Shown in pieces: positions 17,557 to 27,900 of a stretch of 32,000 nt of DNA. This DNA comes from Candidatus Lokiarchaeum ossiferum (GTDB lineage: Archaea > Asgardarchaeota > Lokiarchaeia > Sigyniarchaeales > Promethearchaeaceae). The stretch covers positions 150,001 to 182,000 of the forward strand of contig CP104013.1 of assembly GCA_025839675.1 (NCBI GenBank), in the 5' to 3' direction. Position 1 is the stretch's first letter. Every line of letters starts with the position of its first letter. Made by a program: the position numbers and the translations under genes. Below the pieces are notes generated by a model. It was not told the origin of the DNA, did no database searches, and worked only from the letters and a program-made list of their open reading frames with translations.

Positions 17557-18294
17557 ATGGATAAAACCTCTCATTATAATCGACAAGCTGAAAAATATCT
17601 CAATACCCGCAATTTCGATTCAATAGATTTTCAACCCTTTAAGACTTTTAAATGGTTTCAATTGCTCCTCGCCCCTATCATTGTTTGGTTAATTTATCAA
17701 GGTCTTCTTTTTGGATTGAACTATTTCCTGGGAAAAAATCCGAATTTGTTTAATTATCTTGCCGGTTTGACTAATTTAATTGTATTTGGGGGATTTTTCT
17801 GGATTTTTGGTCTCCGTTCAAGAAAATTAGATCTACTCATAACAGGTATAAAACCAATTGAATTCGGATCAAAAAAGTGGATTATTTTGGCAATCTTGAG
17901 TGCAATCGTATTGTTAATTGTCCGCATTGTTCTGATGATTATTTTAATTGATCTTTTTCCTGGAATTAGTCCTCCATCTAGAACAAGTGCTGACCCTTCT
18001 CCATTTTTACTTGATTTCACAGTTACTGCTCTAATGGTTCCAATTGGGGAAGAATTATTCTTTCGTGCCTTTCTTTTTAAAGGTCTATGCCAGAAAACAC
18101 ACATATGGTTCGCTATTATTTTGAGTTCAATTTTTTTTGGAGTTGCACATTTTTCTATCCTACAAGGAATCTCTGCTTTTATTTTTGGAATCGTTGTCGC
18201 TTATTTTTATCATCGCTCAGAGTCAATTTACATTCCCATAATCATGCACATGATAAATAATGGGCTTTTGACTATATTACTCCACTTTTTTTAA
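17557..18294 (+). CDS. CPBP family intramembrane glutamic endopeptidase (CAAX protease/Abi), paralogue 1
   Basis: Motif 1 PIGEELFFRAFLF, motif 2 FFGVAHF, motif 3 HMINN. Confidence 0.85.
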   Translation: MDKTSHYNRQAEKYLNTRNFDSIDFQPFKTFKWFQLLLAPIIVWLIYQGLLFGLNYFLGKNPNLFNYLAGLTNLIVFGGFFWIFGLRSRKLDLLITGIKPIEFGSKKWIILAILSAIVLLIVRIVLMIILIDLFPGISPPSRTSADPSPFLLDFTVTALMVPIGEELFFRAFLFKGLCQKTHIWFAIILSSIFFGVAHFSILQGISAFIFGIVVAYFYHRSESIYIPIIMHMINNGLLTILLHFF

Positions 18295-18436
18295 ATGAAA
18301 TTACGAAAATGAATGTTTATTGGTGAACCAGTTGAAAAATATTTGTTCTATTTAGGAAGAGCATATTAAAATTAAGAGAAACCTATTCAACATAAAATGA
18401 ATTATTATTAAATAGTAGCAAATAAGGTGCATTCTT

Positions 18437-19198
18437 ATGATAAATAATGAAAATTTAAACCACCATAACATAGAAGAAATTAAAGAATCAGGTTTGAAAA
18501 CAAATGAAAAAGATGAAGAAGAAGGAATTTCTTGGGGAAAAATACTTCTAATTCCAATTTTGGCGTTTTTTCTCTATCACTTATTCAATTATATCTTTAC
18601 ATTGCTTATTCCAAATAATGAACCTTTACAAAGATTAGCCTTTGGATCCTCCAGTCTATTAGTTTTTGGAGGATATTTCTACTTTTTTGGTATTAGATCA
18701 TCGAAAAATGGGGCTCAAGAATTCGGATTGAGTCCTATCTCATTCGGTAATCCCAAATGGCTCTCTTATGGCTTTTTGATAATCTTAACTTACGTTATTT
18801 TTGGAATTTTAATAATGATGCCCTTTTCTCAATTTTGGAATATTCTTATTAACGAGAACGTATTTTCCAAAGAAAACTTGAGTATCCTATTCTGGATCGA
18901 ACTCCTTGTTATTGGGTTTATTGCTCCCATCAGTGAAGAATTTTTTTTCCGCGGGTTTGTTTATTCCAGCATTAGAAATAAGGTTGGTGTATCAAAAGGG
19001 GTTTTTTTAAGTGCCCTCATTTTTGGAATTGTGCATCTCAATTTATTACAAGGGTTTCTCGCTTTTTTAATAAGTATTCCTTTAGCATATTTATATGAGA
19101 AATCAAAATCGCTGTATGTCCCCATTTTTCTACATGTTTTGAGTAATGTGCTTATTCATCTTACTTCAGTAGTTTTCAAAGTCTATTGGGCAGCTTAA
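18437..19198 (+). CDS. CPBP family intramembrane glutamic endopeptidase (CAAX protease/Abi), paralogue 2
   Basis: PISEEFFFRGFVY, IFGIVHL and HVLSN motifs. An AAGGTG Shine-Dalgarno-like element lies 8 nt upstream of the ATG. Confidence 0.85.
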   Translation: MINNENLNHHNIEEIKESGLKTNEKDEEEGISWGKILLIPILAFFLYHLFNYIFTLLIPNNEPLQRLAFGSSSLLVFGGYFYFFGIRSSKNGAQEFGLSPISFGNPKWLSYGFLIILTYVIFGILIMMPFSQFWNILINENVFSKENLSILFWIELLVIGFIAPISEEFFFRGFVYSSIRNKVGVSKGVFLSALIFGIVHLNLLQGFLAFLISIPLAYLYEKSKSLYVPIFLHVLSNVLIHLTSVVFKVYWAA

Positions 19199-19327
19199 TC
19201 TGGTAAGGATCTAAACATTTTTTTCTTAAATCAAAAAAAATCTACTCATTGCGGGTTTTTGATAAATTTAGTAGAAGAAAATAGATGTAAAGAAATTCAT
19301 TTCATATTAAGTAAAAAAAAATGGAGA

Positions 19328-20602
19328 TTAAATTTTCCGTTCTTTTAGCTTCTTACGGCGAATAAGAAATGCGATGGAATTGACGATCACAAAAGTACCA
19401 ACTAGTAATCCTTTTAACCAAGTTTCTTCTGCCAAAAAGGATAGACCTAGTAAGGTCAATAAAATATTCGATATCGTTTCCTTGATAAATTCACCCTTTT
19501 CAATATTTTCGTCAATTTTTTCATCTATTATCTTATTCGTGTTGATTTCCTCTAAATATTGATCAATCAATACATCCAATTCTGCATTTTCTCCAAAATT
19601 TAACACTTTTTGGGGGTTTATAATCCAATCTTGACTCATTGCAGTGTTAATAAACGATTTTGACCTATTTGCAAAATATTCTTCACATTTTGGGAAAAAG
19701 GACGCCAGATCAAATTGTTCATCGTGAATTTCTTTCGTTAGAATGCAGCTGTTCCCAAATACATGTTTTCCTTCGAATAATTGAGGAAAATCGTAAAAAT
19801 ATTTGAACACATTGTTAAATTTCGTTGTGTAAAACGCTTGTTTTTCTTTTGCCCGAAAAATCGGAACTGTGGGGATGTACATTTCATCTTCATTGATTAC
19901 TGGTACTTTTGAATAATTGCGGCTCATTTGCAGCATTTCTTTTATTATCTTTCTTCCAATTTGAATAAGAGTATATGCTGTTTTATCGATTTTTTCTTCA
20001 GTTGTGAAGCATCGGAGAATTAATATATTATTTTCAATATACCCATCTAATTTATCTTTAAAAATATCAAATTTATGTTCTTCTTTTGCTTTTTTAGGGA
20101 TTGCAATCTTAAATCCCTTGAAGGTCGCTATTGGATTACAACTTGAGAAAAAGTGCGAGGCCCCATGGGCGGTAGGAAGTTTAAATAGCATATATACTTC
20201 ATTCTTTCCTTGGGGAATCTTATAGGATTTCCATTTAAATTCCAATTTTTTAGATTTCACCTTAATGGGCTTTGTTTTATTAATATAGAACACGTGGCTC
20301 CCATTTTCAATTGAGAACTTAATTTTCTTTTTCCACCGAAGTTGTTTTAATACACCTCCTAATTCTGGTATTTCAGGATTGATAGCATTTGATATCAAGT
20401 TAATACGAAACTTATATTCTAATCCTCTTAACACCAATAATCGGGTTAAGTTTAGTTTGGTGACAACTTTACCCGTCCGAAGAATTCGCAATACTTCTTT
20501 TTCTATTTTAACCCTTTTTTTCAGCTTAAGCGCTTTTTCTTTCTCATTTTGATCTTGATCAATTTCTTTTTGGGTTTTTTGATTATATGGGTTTTCAGTC
20601 AT
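19328..20602 (-). CDS. Hypothetical Lys-rich protein with a single C-terminal TM anchor
   Basis: Long ORF with C-terminal LLGLSFLAEETWLKGLLVGTFVIVNSIAFLIRRKK. No family motif recognised. ATG at 20602, GTG at 20611. Confidence 0.55.
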   Translation of the reverse strand: MTENPYNQKTQKEIDQDQNEKEKALKLKKRVKIEKEVLRILRTGKVVTKLNLTRLLVLRGLEYKFRINLISNAINPEIPELGGVLKQLRWKKKIKFSIENGSHVFYINKTKPIKVKSKKLEFKWKSYKIPQGKNEVYMLFKLPTAHGASHFFSSCNPIATFKGFKIAIPKKAKEEHKFDIFKDKLDGYIENNILILRCFTTEEKIDKTAYTLIQIGRKIIKEMLQMSRNYSKVPVINEDEMYIPTVPIFRAKEKQAFYTTKFNNVFKYFYDFPQLFEGKHVFGNSCILTKEIHDEQFDLASFFPKCEEYFANRSKSFINTAMSQDWIINPQKVLNFGENAELDVLIDQYLEEINTNKIIDEKIDENIEKGEFIKETISNILLTLLGLSFLAEETWLKGLLVGTFVIVNSIAFLIRRKKLKERKI

Positions 20603-20738
20603 AGTTTTCACAATTTTTTACAATACTAATAACTTTGTGAGCTGAAAATAAAAACCAATGGTTTGGGGAATGCAATTTAGAACTCTTACCTAGGTTAGAC
20701 TTAAGACCTTTTTATTAGTTTGATTCTAATGCTCTATT

Positions 20739-21215
20739 ATGAATAAAAAAAATATTAGAGAAACTAAAATTGAAGAACTTTTTTGTCAATGCGGTATGTT
20801 TTGTGGATTGTGCACTTCATATCTCTCTTATAAATATCAAATTCCCCGAAGAAGAGGAATTATAAGTTATTGTTTGGGGTGTCGCCCACGAGACAAACAA
20901 TGTTCATGGATTAAGAAAAAATGTGAATATCCACAAAAAAATGAAATTAAATATTGCTATGAATGTCCTAATTATCCGTGCAGTCTAATTGATAAAATTT
21001 GTGATGGATACAACTCTACTGGCAAATATAGATTTGATTTCAAGGAGAATCTGAAAATAATACAGAATTATGGTTATGAAAAAGCAATTTCTTATCTAAA
21101 AAAGGACCACAGCTGTGAAAAGTGTGGCGAAATTCTTTGTATTCATAATAATCTATGTTATAATTGTGACAAAGATACCTTAGCAACCATGAAAAATTAT
21201 AAAAATGATCAATAG
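20739..21215 (+). CDS. Cysteine-rich protein, DUF3795-like
   Basis: The Cys pattern CQCGMFCGLCTSY...CLGCRP...C...CYECPNYPC...CEKCG...C..C resembles the DUF3795 arrangement. This assignment is from memory, not a search. Confidence 0.5.
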   Translation: MNKKNIRETKIEELFCQCGMFCGLCTSYLSYKYQIPRRRGIISYCLGCRPRDKQCSWIKKKCEYPQKNEIKYCYECPNYPCSLIDKICDGYNSTGKYRFDFKENLKIIQNYGYEKAISYLKKDHSCEKCGEILCIHNNLCYNCDKDTLATMKNYKNDQ

Positions 21216-21355
21216 TTCAAACTTATTAGAGTGTGTATTTGTAACTTAGCTAAATTTTTCTGGGTTTAATCAAGTGATAAATCCATCATCTTCTTCCACA
21301 AGAACTTCTAGAAGATTTATCTCATTTTCAAATTAAGTTTGAGAAGAAATGAGAG

Positions 21356-21427
21356 TGCGCCATCCGGGAATTGAACCCGGGTCTCCAGGTTGGGAACCTG
21401 AAATGCTAACCGCTACACAAATGGCGC
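21356..21427 (-). tRNA. tRNA-Gly (anticodon CCC), no intron, CCA not encoded
   Basis: Minus strand: GCGCCAT-TT-GTGT-AGCGGTTA-GCAT-T-TCAGG-TTCCCAA-CCTGG-AGAC-CCGGG-TTCAATT-CCCGG-ATGGCGC-A. I folded the full cloverleaf by hand: 7-bp acceptor stem, 5-bp anticodon stem, 5-bp T stem with a TTCAATT loop. Confidence 0.95.
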
Positions 21428-21674
21428 ATTTTTCTTTATGATACAAGAATCAAGAAAAGTAAAGATATACATATTATTTAAGAACCATATTTTAAAAAAT
21501 TTCTGTTATGGATACTGCATCTTATTGGCTACCGTATAATTCAAATTACCTCAATAGTTTGTGCTGCCCCTTTTATTAGTTGTAGTGTTTTTTAAAAGGA
21601 ATTTCTCGATGCAAAATGACCAGAAAAAAAAAATCATTTTCAAACAGTCGGAGGAAAAAAACGATTTTTACTTA

Positions 21675-22565
21675 CTAAATATCTGGCTTAATTTCAAATC
21701 CACACTTGTTTAACATATCTCGAGAAATATTCCATAATTTCGATTGATACTCTTCATCTTGAGTCATTTTATGGGATTTTGCAATAGCGCATTTCTTAAA
21801 ATATTCTCCTGAAATATTGGATACTTCTGGAGATGTTGCAAGATAGACACCAGTTTGAGCCGCTTTGTTAACAGGGGTATATAGTGGCCCCGATAGTGCT
21901 GTAAAAAAGCGCACAAATCGTGAATCATTTGAAGTTGTCATATTTGTTTTTACATGGCCAGGATGGAATGCATTTACGGTTATGCCCGTTCCAGCCAATT
22001 TTTTAGCTAAGTCTTTTGTAAAAAGGACATTTGCAAATTTTGCTGACCCGTAGGCTTTTTGTGATGCATATTTTTTTTCAAACATCAAATCCTCAAAATG
22101 GACTGTAAAAAACCGGTGAATATCTGATGAAACATTGATTATTCGGGCGGGAGCACTCTTTTTTAGAGATTCCAGCAGAAGTATGGTCAAATAGAAGTGT
22201 CCAAGGTGGGCCACAGCAAAAATCATTTCAAATCCATCTACACTTGTAGTGCGTTTTTGCTTAAAAACTCCCGCGTTATTTATGAGCACATCTAAACGGG
22301 GATATTTTGCCAAAAATTGATCCACCATGGGTTTAATTGTTCTCAAATTTCCTAAATCGGCAATTAATAGGTCGATTTTTGAATTTCCCGATCGATTTTT
22401 AATTTCTTCTAAGGCTTTTTTTCCACGATCTTCATTGCGACAAATCATGACTACATGATGGCCACGTTTCGCGAGTTGGATGGCCATTTCCTTCCCAATT
22501 CCTGAATTCGCTCCTGTGATCATACAGATTTTTTCCTCCATAAATACTGGAATGAAGGATTGCAT
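21675..22565 (-). CDS. Short-chain dehydrogenase/reductase (classical SDR, retinol-dehydrogenase-like)
   Basis: ITGANSGIGKE cofactor motif, NNAG, and catalytic YGSAKFAN (YxxxK). An alternative ATG at 22541 gives MEEKICMITG. Confidence 0.9.
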   Translation of the reverse strand: MQSFIPVFMEEKICMITGANSGIGKEMAIQLAKRGHHVVMICRNEDRGKKALEEIKNRSGNSKIDLLIADLGNLRTIKPMVDQFLAKYPRLDVLINNAGVFKQKRTTSVDGFEMIFAVAHLGHFYLTILLLESLKKSAPARIINVSSDIHRFFTVHFEDLMFEKKYASQKAYGSAKFANVLFTKDLAKKLAGTGITVNAFHPGHVKTNMTTSNDSRFVRFFTALSGPLYTPVNKAAQTGVYLATSPEVSNISGEYFKKCAIAKSHKMTQDEEYQSKLWNISRDMLNKCGFEIKPDI

Positions 22566-22712
22566 TATAAGTTAGAGAAAAAGCTAAAAGATATCAACCA
22601 TGTCTTTACCATGTTGGGGTTCAGGAATAATATCTGGATGAATTTAATCTATATTTGTAAACTTGTGGGATCAAAAAGGGAAGATTGATTGATAATATTC
22701 AAATTCCACTCA

Positions 22713-22892
22713 TCAAAAGAGAATCGATTTGAAGTCTTTAATCATTCTTTCTTTAACCATCCTATCATACTGAAGTTTTATCAATTCGTACTTGTCCTGT
22801 GTCATTTCACCCCTGTCAAATTTTACTCGTGCTAGTTCGAGGAGTGAAGTAGGATTGATGGATATTTCGCAATTTTGATTTTGCATTATCAT
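22713..22892 (-). CDS. Small SHOCT-like protein (59 aa), below the ORF-track cutoff
   Basis: My translation: MIMQNQNCEISINPTSLLELARVKFDRGEMTQDKYELIKLQYDRMVKERMIKDFKSILF. The segment LELARVKFDRGEMTQDKYELIK fits the SHOCT-type pattern L..L...G.IT...Y...K. It also resembles the Y ORFs at 23459 and 29617. Confidence 0.4.
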   Translation of the reverse strand: MIMQNQNCEISINPTSLLELARVKFDRGEMTQDKYELIKLQYDRMVKERMIKDFKSILF

Positions 22893-23014
22893 AACAGTAA
22901 TTTGTTTTTGGTTATTTTTAAATGAATCTAATAATGTATACGATCGTTTTATAGTTGGATTTTGAGCATATCCTCACAATTGAACGAGAATTTAATACTT
23001 GATTAGATCGGTAG

Positions 23015-23317
23015 TTAAATTAATTTCGCAAACATGGCTAATTGTGGGATCTGGCTTAAAGCCGTATGTCCATGATGTGCCATATGCTCATATCCTTGTG
23101 CAAGTGACTCTAAAAAATTTAAACTAATTGAATTATACGCTGATGGTGGCACCGTCCGATATAAAAATCTGCCTAATGTTCGGATATCATGAGATGTCAT
23201 AGAAACTGGTAGCGATAAGTGGTCCAAATGGTGTGCTAGTTCGCTGGGAAAAGGAAGTTTTTGGGAAACCAAAGATCTCTGGATCGATGAGGATGCTTGT
23301 GGAGATAAAATCGCCAT
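23015..23317 (-). CDS. Hypothetical small protein X (100 aa), intact copy of a repeated family
   Basis: ATG-initiated ORF. It shares FLYRTVPPS.Y..IS..F and LS.IPQL..FA blocks, at identical spacing, with the ORF at 28534-28761. All nucleotide differences in the FLYRTVPPS block are at third codon positions. Confidence 0.55.
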   Translation of the reverse strand: MAILSPQASSSIQRSLVSQKLPFPSELAHHLDHLSLPVSMTSHDIRTLGRFLYRTVPPSAYNSISLNFLESLAQGYEHMAHHGHTALSQIPQLAMFAKLI

Positions 23318-23407
23318 AGATCTCTTTTGTAATGTAACTATATAATGGCAGAAAATTTTGATAGATCGCTCTTCATTTTTTTCAGTTGAGAATGAAATAT
23401 TCCAGCA

Positions 23408-23419
23408 GACTTAAAAGTC
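23408..23419. promoter_or_regulatory. Palindrome GACTT-AA-AAGTC in the X/Y divergent intergenic region (putative operator), followed by a TATA-like attaatgtaagg
   Basis: The palindrome is perfect. It is conserved identically at 29567-29578, with the same 39-40 nt distance to the downstream Y start codon. Confidence 0.35.
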
Positions 23420-23458
23420 ATTTTACATGTATTAATGTAAGGACAACGTGTCTAAGTT

Positions 23459-23623
23459 ATGAGTTCCTCAAAAAATAGTTTTGCTCTCGATGACTATCCC
23501 TTCGTGCTAAGTAATGCCCACTTACACTTTATGCAAGGAAAAATTAGCCAACATCAGTGGGTGCGTATTCGTGGGCTATGTGAAGCCAAGGTTAAGACGT
23601 CTTCTGCAAAAAAAAACTCCTAA
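23459..23623 (+). CDS. Small protein Y (54 aa), SHOCT-like, copy A; below the ORF-track cutoff
   Basis: MSSSKNSFALDDYPFVLSNAHLHFMQGKISQHQWVRIRGLCEAKVKTSSAKKNS is about 50% identical to the 51-aa ORF at 29617-29772, and the upstream DNA is colinear. Confidence 0.55.
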   Translation: MSSSKNSFALDDYPFVLSNAHLHFMQGKISQHQWVRIRGLCEAKVKTSSAKKNS

Positions 23624-23740
23624 AACAGCCATCTTTGTGATGTCTTCACTCTACAAAAATTTAGAGTGAAATCAGTATGTAGCTACAGAACAAAAACCAA
23701 GAATTTAAAAACTCTTTTCAAGAGCTAAGTATGATAAAAA

Positions 23741-24718
23741 ATGAAAGTGGACAAAAAAATCATCATCCCGGTTATAATGCTTTTTGTGCTCGGATCGGTT
23801 TATGGCGGTTCATTTTTCGGAATTCAATCCTATATAAATTCTCAACTTGAGAATCCAAGTGAAGAAAGTAGTATGGAACTTCTTGATTTTCAAATCATTT
23901 CCATGGGGGATACTTTCATTGAAGTTTTTATTGATGCTGCATTAACAGGTTCAACTGAAAACACTCCGGCCTTTGAGGTTGAAATCCGGAATTTTCAAAT
24001 CATTCAAAATGATCAGATTTTAGCGGAATATACTCCCCTTTCTTTTTTTAGCATCAATACTGGATCTTCACACTTCAGCTTCACATTAAATGTTACAATT
24101 GTGGATCAACAGAAATTATTTGATTCAATTCAATCCATTTTAAATAAAGAAAATATTTATATCAATTTTGAGGTTAAAGTCAAAGTCAAAGGAATAGCTG
24201 CCATTTATCCACCTTTCTTTATAAAAAAACAATTTTTTATCAATTCGACCAATCTTCTTGAATCTGGGAGCGAAGAAACATTCTATAATATCCAATTCAA
24301 TTCCATTGATTTTGATATCACCAATTTAAAATGTGCCTTCAATTTTACTATTAGTATCACTAATCCTGTGAATTTTTCCATCAATATTACCGGTTTCAAA
24401 GGGTATGTGGATTTTGATGATTTAGATGGGGCAGGATTCTTAATATCGTCTAAAAATGATGTATTTCTTTTGGATTTTGATTATAACTGGGAAACTGAGC
24501 CCTTCACTTTGTTACCTGCTCAAAATTCTTCAAAAAATATCCTTTTCTCCGAAGATATTCCCGATGTGATTACTTCTTCGCGGATTTCAGATGAGTATTT
24601 TGTTAAAGATCATCTGCTAGTGGATATTACAAACGGGGAAATTGGATTAGAAATTGCGGGTTATCCATTTACTTTTCCCTTTTCATTGGAGAATATTTAC
24701 ATTCCTTTAAATGTTTAA
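23741..24718 (+). CDS. Membrane-anchored protein with beta-sandwich repeats, tentatively LEA_2/WHy-like
   Basis: N-terminal TM helix IIIPVIMLFVLGSVYGGSFF. Two regions have an alternating beta pattern and NP-x-NF-type motifs (FNFTISITNPVNFSINITGFKGYV). The family call is tentative. Confidence 0.45.
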   Translation: MKVDKKIIIPVIMLFVLGSVYGGSFFGIQSYINSQLENPSEESSMELLDFQIISMGDTFIEVFIDAALTGSTENTPAFEVEIRNFQIIQNDQILAEYTPLSFFSINTGSSHFSFTLNVTIVDQQKLFDSIQSILNKENIYINFEVKVKVKGIAAIYPPFFIKKQFFINSTNLLESGSEETFYNIQFNSIDFDITNLKCAFNFTISITNPVNFSINITGFKGYVDFDDLDGAGFLISSKNDVFLLDFDYNWETEPFTLLPAQNSSKNILFSEDIPDVITSSRISDEYFVKDHLLVDITNGEIGLEIAGYPFTFPFSLENIYIPLNV

Positions 24719-24994
24719 TCCAAACTATGAATAAATCAATGTTATTCTGAATATAAAGGAATAATTGAAATACCCAATGACCTCTGAATTACTAATCATC
24801 AATAGAATTATTGATAATTAGGAAAAATATAAATTTAAAAGAGATTGAGCAAAATTTACGGGATCAGATTTGAATTGTCCTCATGAGATAGAAAATAAAA
24901 AAACTCTTAATAAAAACAAATGAATCATCTCTCCATTAGATAGAAGTTTTTCAAATTCTATGATATGGAAATTAGTAAATTAAATTTCTGTTAG

Positions 24995-27900
24995 TTAGGA
25001 TCCAAATTTTAGACTACGTCTTAACCCTCCGCTTGAAAATTTTTTGCTTTTTGCATTTTTAATTAAATGAATCATAACTCCCATCATGATAATGAAGAAG
25101 AAATTCATTGAATACCCTGGGATACTACCTAAAACATCTGCAAATGGATCTGTATCTTCTGATTGTGTCCCTCTAGGATTGGAGTTATCTGATGTTCCAC
25201 TTCCTGTTCCAGATACGGGGATTACAATTATTGTCATAGTTGCATAATCAGTATTGCCTTGTCCATCAGTTACCCATAAAGTAATTGTAAAAGTTCCTGA
25301 AGAACTATAGCTATGAGTAGGATTTTGTAACGTTGATGATGTCCCATCCCCAAAATCCCAAAAATAAGTAAAGGGTAAAAATTCTCCGATAGATGTACCA
25401 TAGAGAGAAAATTCTTCTAGGCGAAACACATCATTGCCACTTGAAGGGGTAAATGATACTTCAAGGACTTTAATTGGCCCACCATCTTCTATCGTCCACC
25501 CATATATGTAAGTTAGGATGTCATGTGCATTTCCTGCAATAGATTCGTGATAATTGGAATTTCCAGCATGAAATATCACATTTGATTGTAAAAATAATTC
25601 AGACCAGCCGAGGAGAAGCGCATCATAGTTTGTAGATGATAATGCCGCCTCTGCAAACATATTTTCCATGTTTGTAACCGATGAGACATCCCATTGACTA
25701 AGATCTTGATTGAAAACTGTTGCACCTTGGAACATCGAGCCCATTTGAGTAACGCTCGCTACATCCCAATTTTCAATTGGTTGATTAAAATTTTCTGCAC
25801 CCTGAAACATGTACCACATGGAAGTTACTTTTGAAACATTCCACAATCCAATCGGTTGATTAAAGGCTTTTGCTCTCGCAAATGTGGCATGCATCGTAAT
25901 AACATTGGAAACATCCCAACTCCCAATGTCTTGATTGAATGAATCTGTGTCTATAAACATATCCCATATGTTTGTAACGGATGAGACATCCCAAGAATCA
26001 ATTGATCCATTAAATGCGGTTGCCCCTCCAAACATTCGACCCATATTTGTTACTCTAGACACATTCCAATTATTCAAGGGTTGATCAAAAGATATAGCCC
26101 AGTAAAACATACTACTCATATCAGTGACTTTTGAGACATCCCAAGTATCAAGAGGTTGATTGAAAGCTGATGCCCCAGAAAACATGGAATTCATATTGGT
26201 GACTGACGAAACATTCCAATCATTTAAAGGTTGATCAAAGTTCTCAGCGCTATCGAACATCTTATTCATTTCAGTTACATGGGATACGTCCCATGAATTC
26301 AATGGTTGGTTGAATGCGAAAGCATGCTCAAACATGCATTCCATGTTTGTAATCTGTGATGTATCCCAATTATCTAAAGGTTGGTTGAAAGTTTGCGCCT
26401 CATAAAACATCCATCTTGTGGTGGTGACTTGCGAGATATTCCAAATATTTAGGAATTGATCGAAATTTAGAGCATTACTGAACATTCCGTGCATATTGTT
26501 GACATGAGACACATCCCAATTCCAAAGAGGCTGATTGAAAGCTGATGCCCCAGAAAACATGGAAAACATATTGGTAACTGAAGAGACATCCCAATTATTA
26601 ATATCTTGATTGAATGATATGGCATTTTCAAACATATGACTTAGATCTGTTATAGAAGAGACATCCCAATTATTGATATCTTGATTGAACGCTAATGCGC
26701 TGGAAAACACCCCACTCATGGTAATAATATTTGTGAGGTTCCAATTCCCTATGGGTTGGTCAAAAACTGATGCTCCACAAAACATTCCATCCAAGTGTTG
26801 AACATTCGAAACATCCCATTCTCCTATCGCTTGGTTAAAAGCTGAAGTTCCTGAAAACATAGATTGCATATCTAAGACGCACGAGACATTCCATCCTCCG
26901 ATCGGTTGATTGAAGGCAAGAGTATCTAAAAACATTCGATTCATTGTTGTTACTTTTGAAACATCCCAGTTCCCAATGGGTTGATTGAAAGAAGATGCCC
27001 CCTCAAACATTCTAGATGTGTCAGTCACTCTAGATATATTCCAATTTCCAATCTCTTGATCGAAAGTTTCAGCTCCACAAAATAGGCTATTCATTGTATT
27101 AACATTCGAAACATCCCAATTATTCAATGGTTGATTGTAGATGTTAATTCCATGGAACATTTCTGCCATATTTGTGACTGATGATACATCCCAGCTATTT
27201 ATGTTTTGATTAAAACTATAGGCATCAAAAAACATCCCCCCCATATTTGTTACTTTAGACACATTCCAAGTATCAAGGGGTTGGTTAAAACTTGTTGCCC
27301 AATGAAAAGTACCCCCCATATTCGTGACTGAAGACACATCCCATATTCCAATTGGTTGATTAAAACTCCATGCATGGGTGAATATACTGCCCATATCTAT
27401 CACAGAAGAGACATTCCAGACTTCAATTGGTTGATTGAAGTCAGTTGCCCATCCAAACATCATATTCATATCGGATACAGATGAAACATCCCATAAGTTG
27501 ATAGGTTGGTTAAAATCAGTCGCTAAATCCCATTCACCAGTAAAAAACATTTCCCTCATGGAAGTGATTTGGGCAACATCCCACGAATTCATATTTCCTA
27601 TTGTTCCTAGATTAAGACAACGATAAAATGTTCGTTCTAAACTAGTCGTACCCGCAAGATTTGGGGCATCAATTGCGGTAAGGATAAGATTTTCGCATCC
27701 TTCAAAATAATTTCCATTATTTCCAAATGCTATAGAACCCCATTGGCTAATTTCGCTTATCTTTAAACAATCTCCACTTCCTGCAAATCGCCATCCCTGG
27801 AGAATCCCGCTAATTTCAACTATATATATTCCACTCGAGGGATAAGTATGAGTTATTTCACTTTGATTCCAGGCGGTAATTGTATTATTTTCACCATCAC

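Noticed and set aside
21216-22600. tRNA-Gly as an integration site for the downstream island or the upstream hypothetical genes.
   Set aside because: I could find no direct repeat of the tRNA 3-prime half elsewhere in the window and no integrase. The island starts more than 1 kb away, beyond a normal SDR gene.
25645-27550. Regular about 78-bp periodicity that could be mistaken for a CRISPR or satellite array.
   Set aside because: It lies entirely within one long open reading frame and encodes the 26-residue DUF285 repeat. The units are diverged, with no invariant repeat/unique spacer structure and no cas genes.
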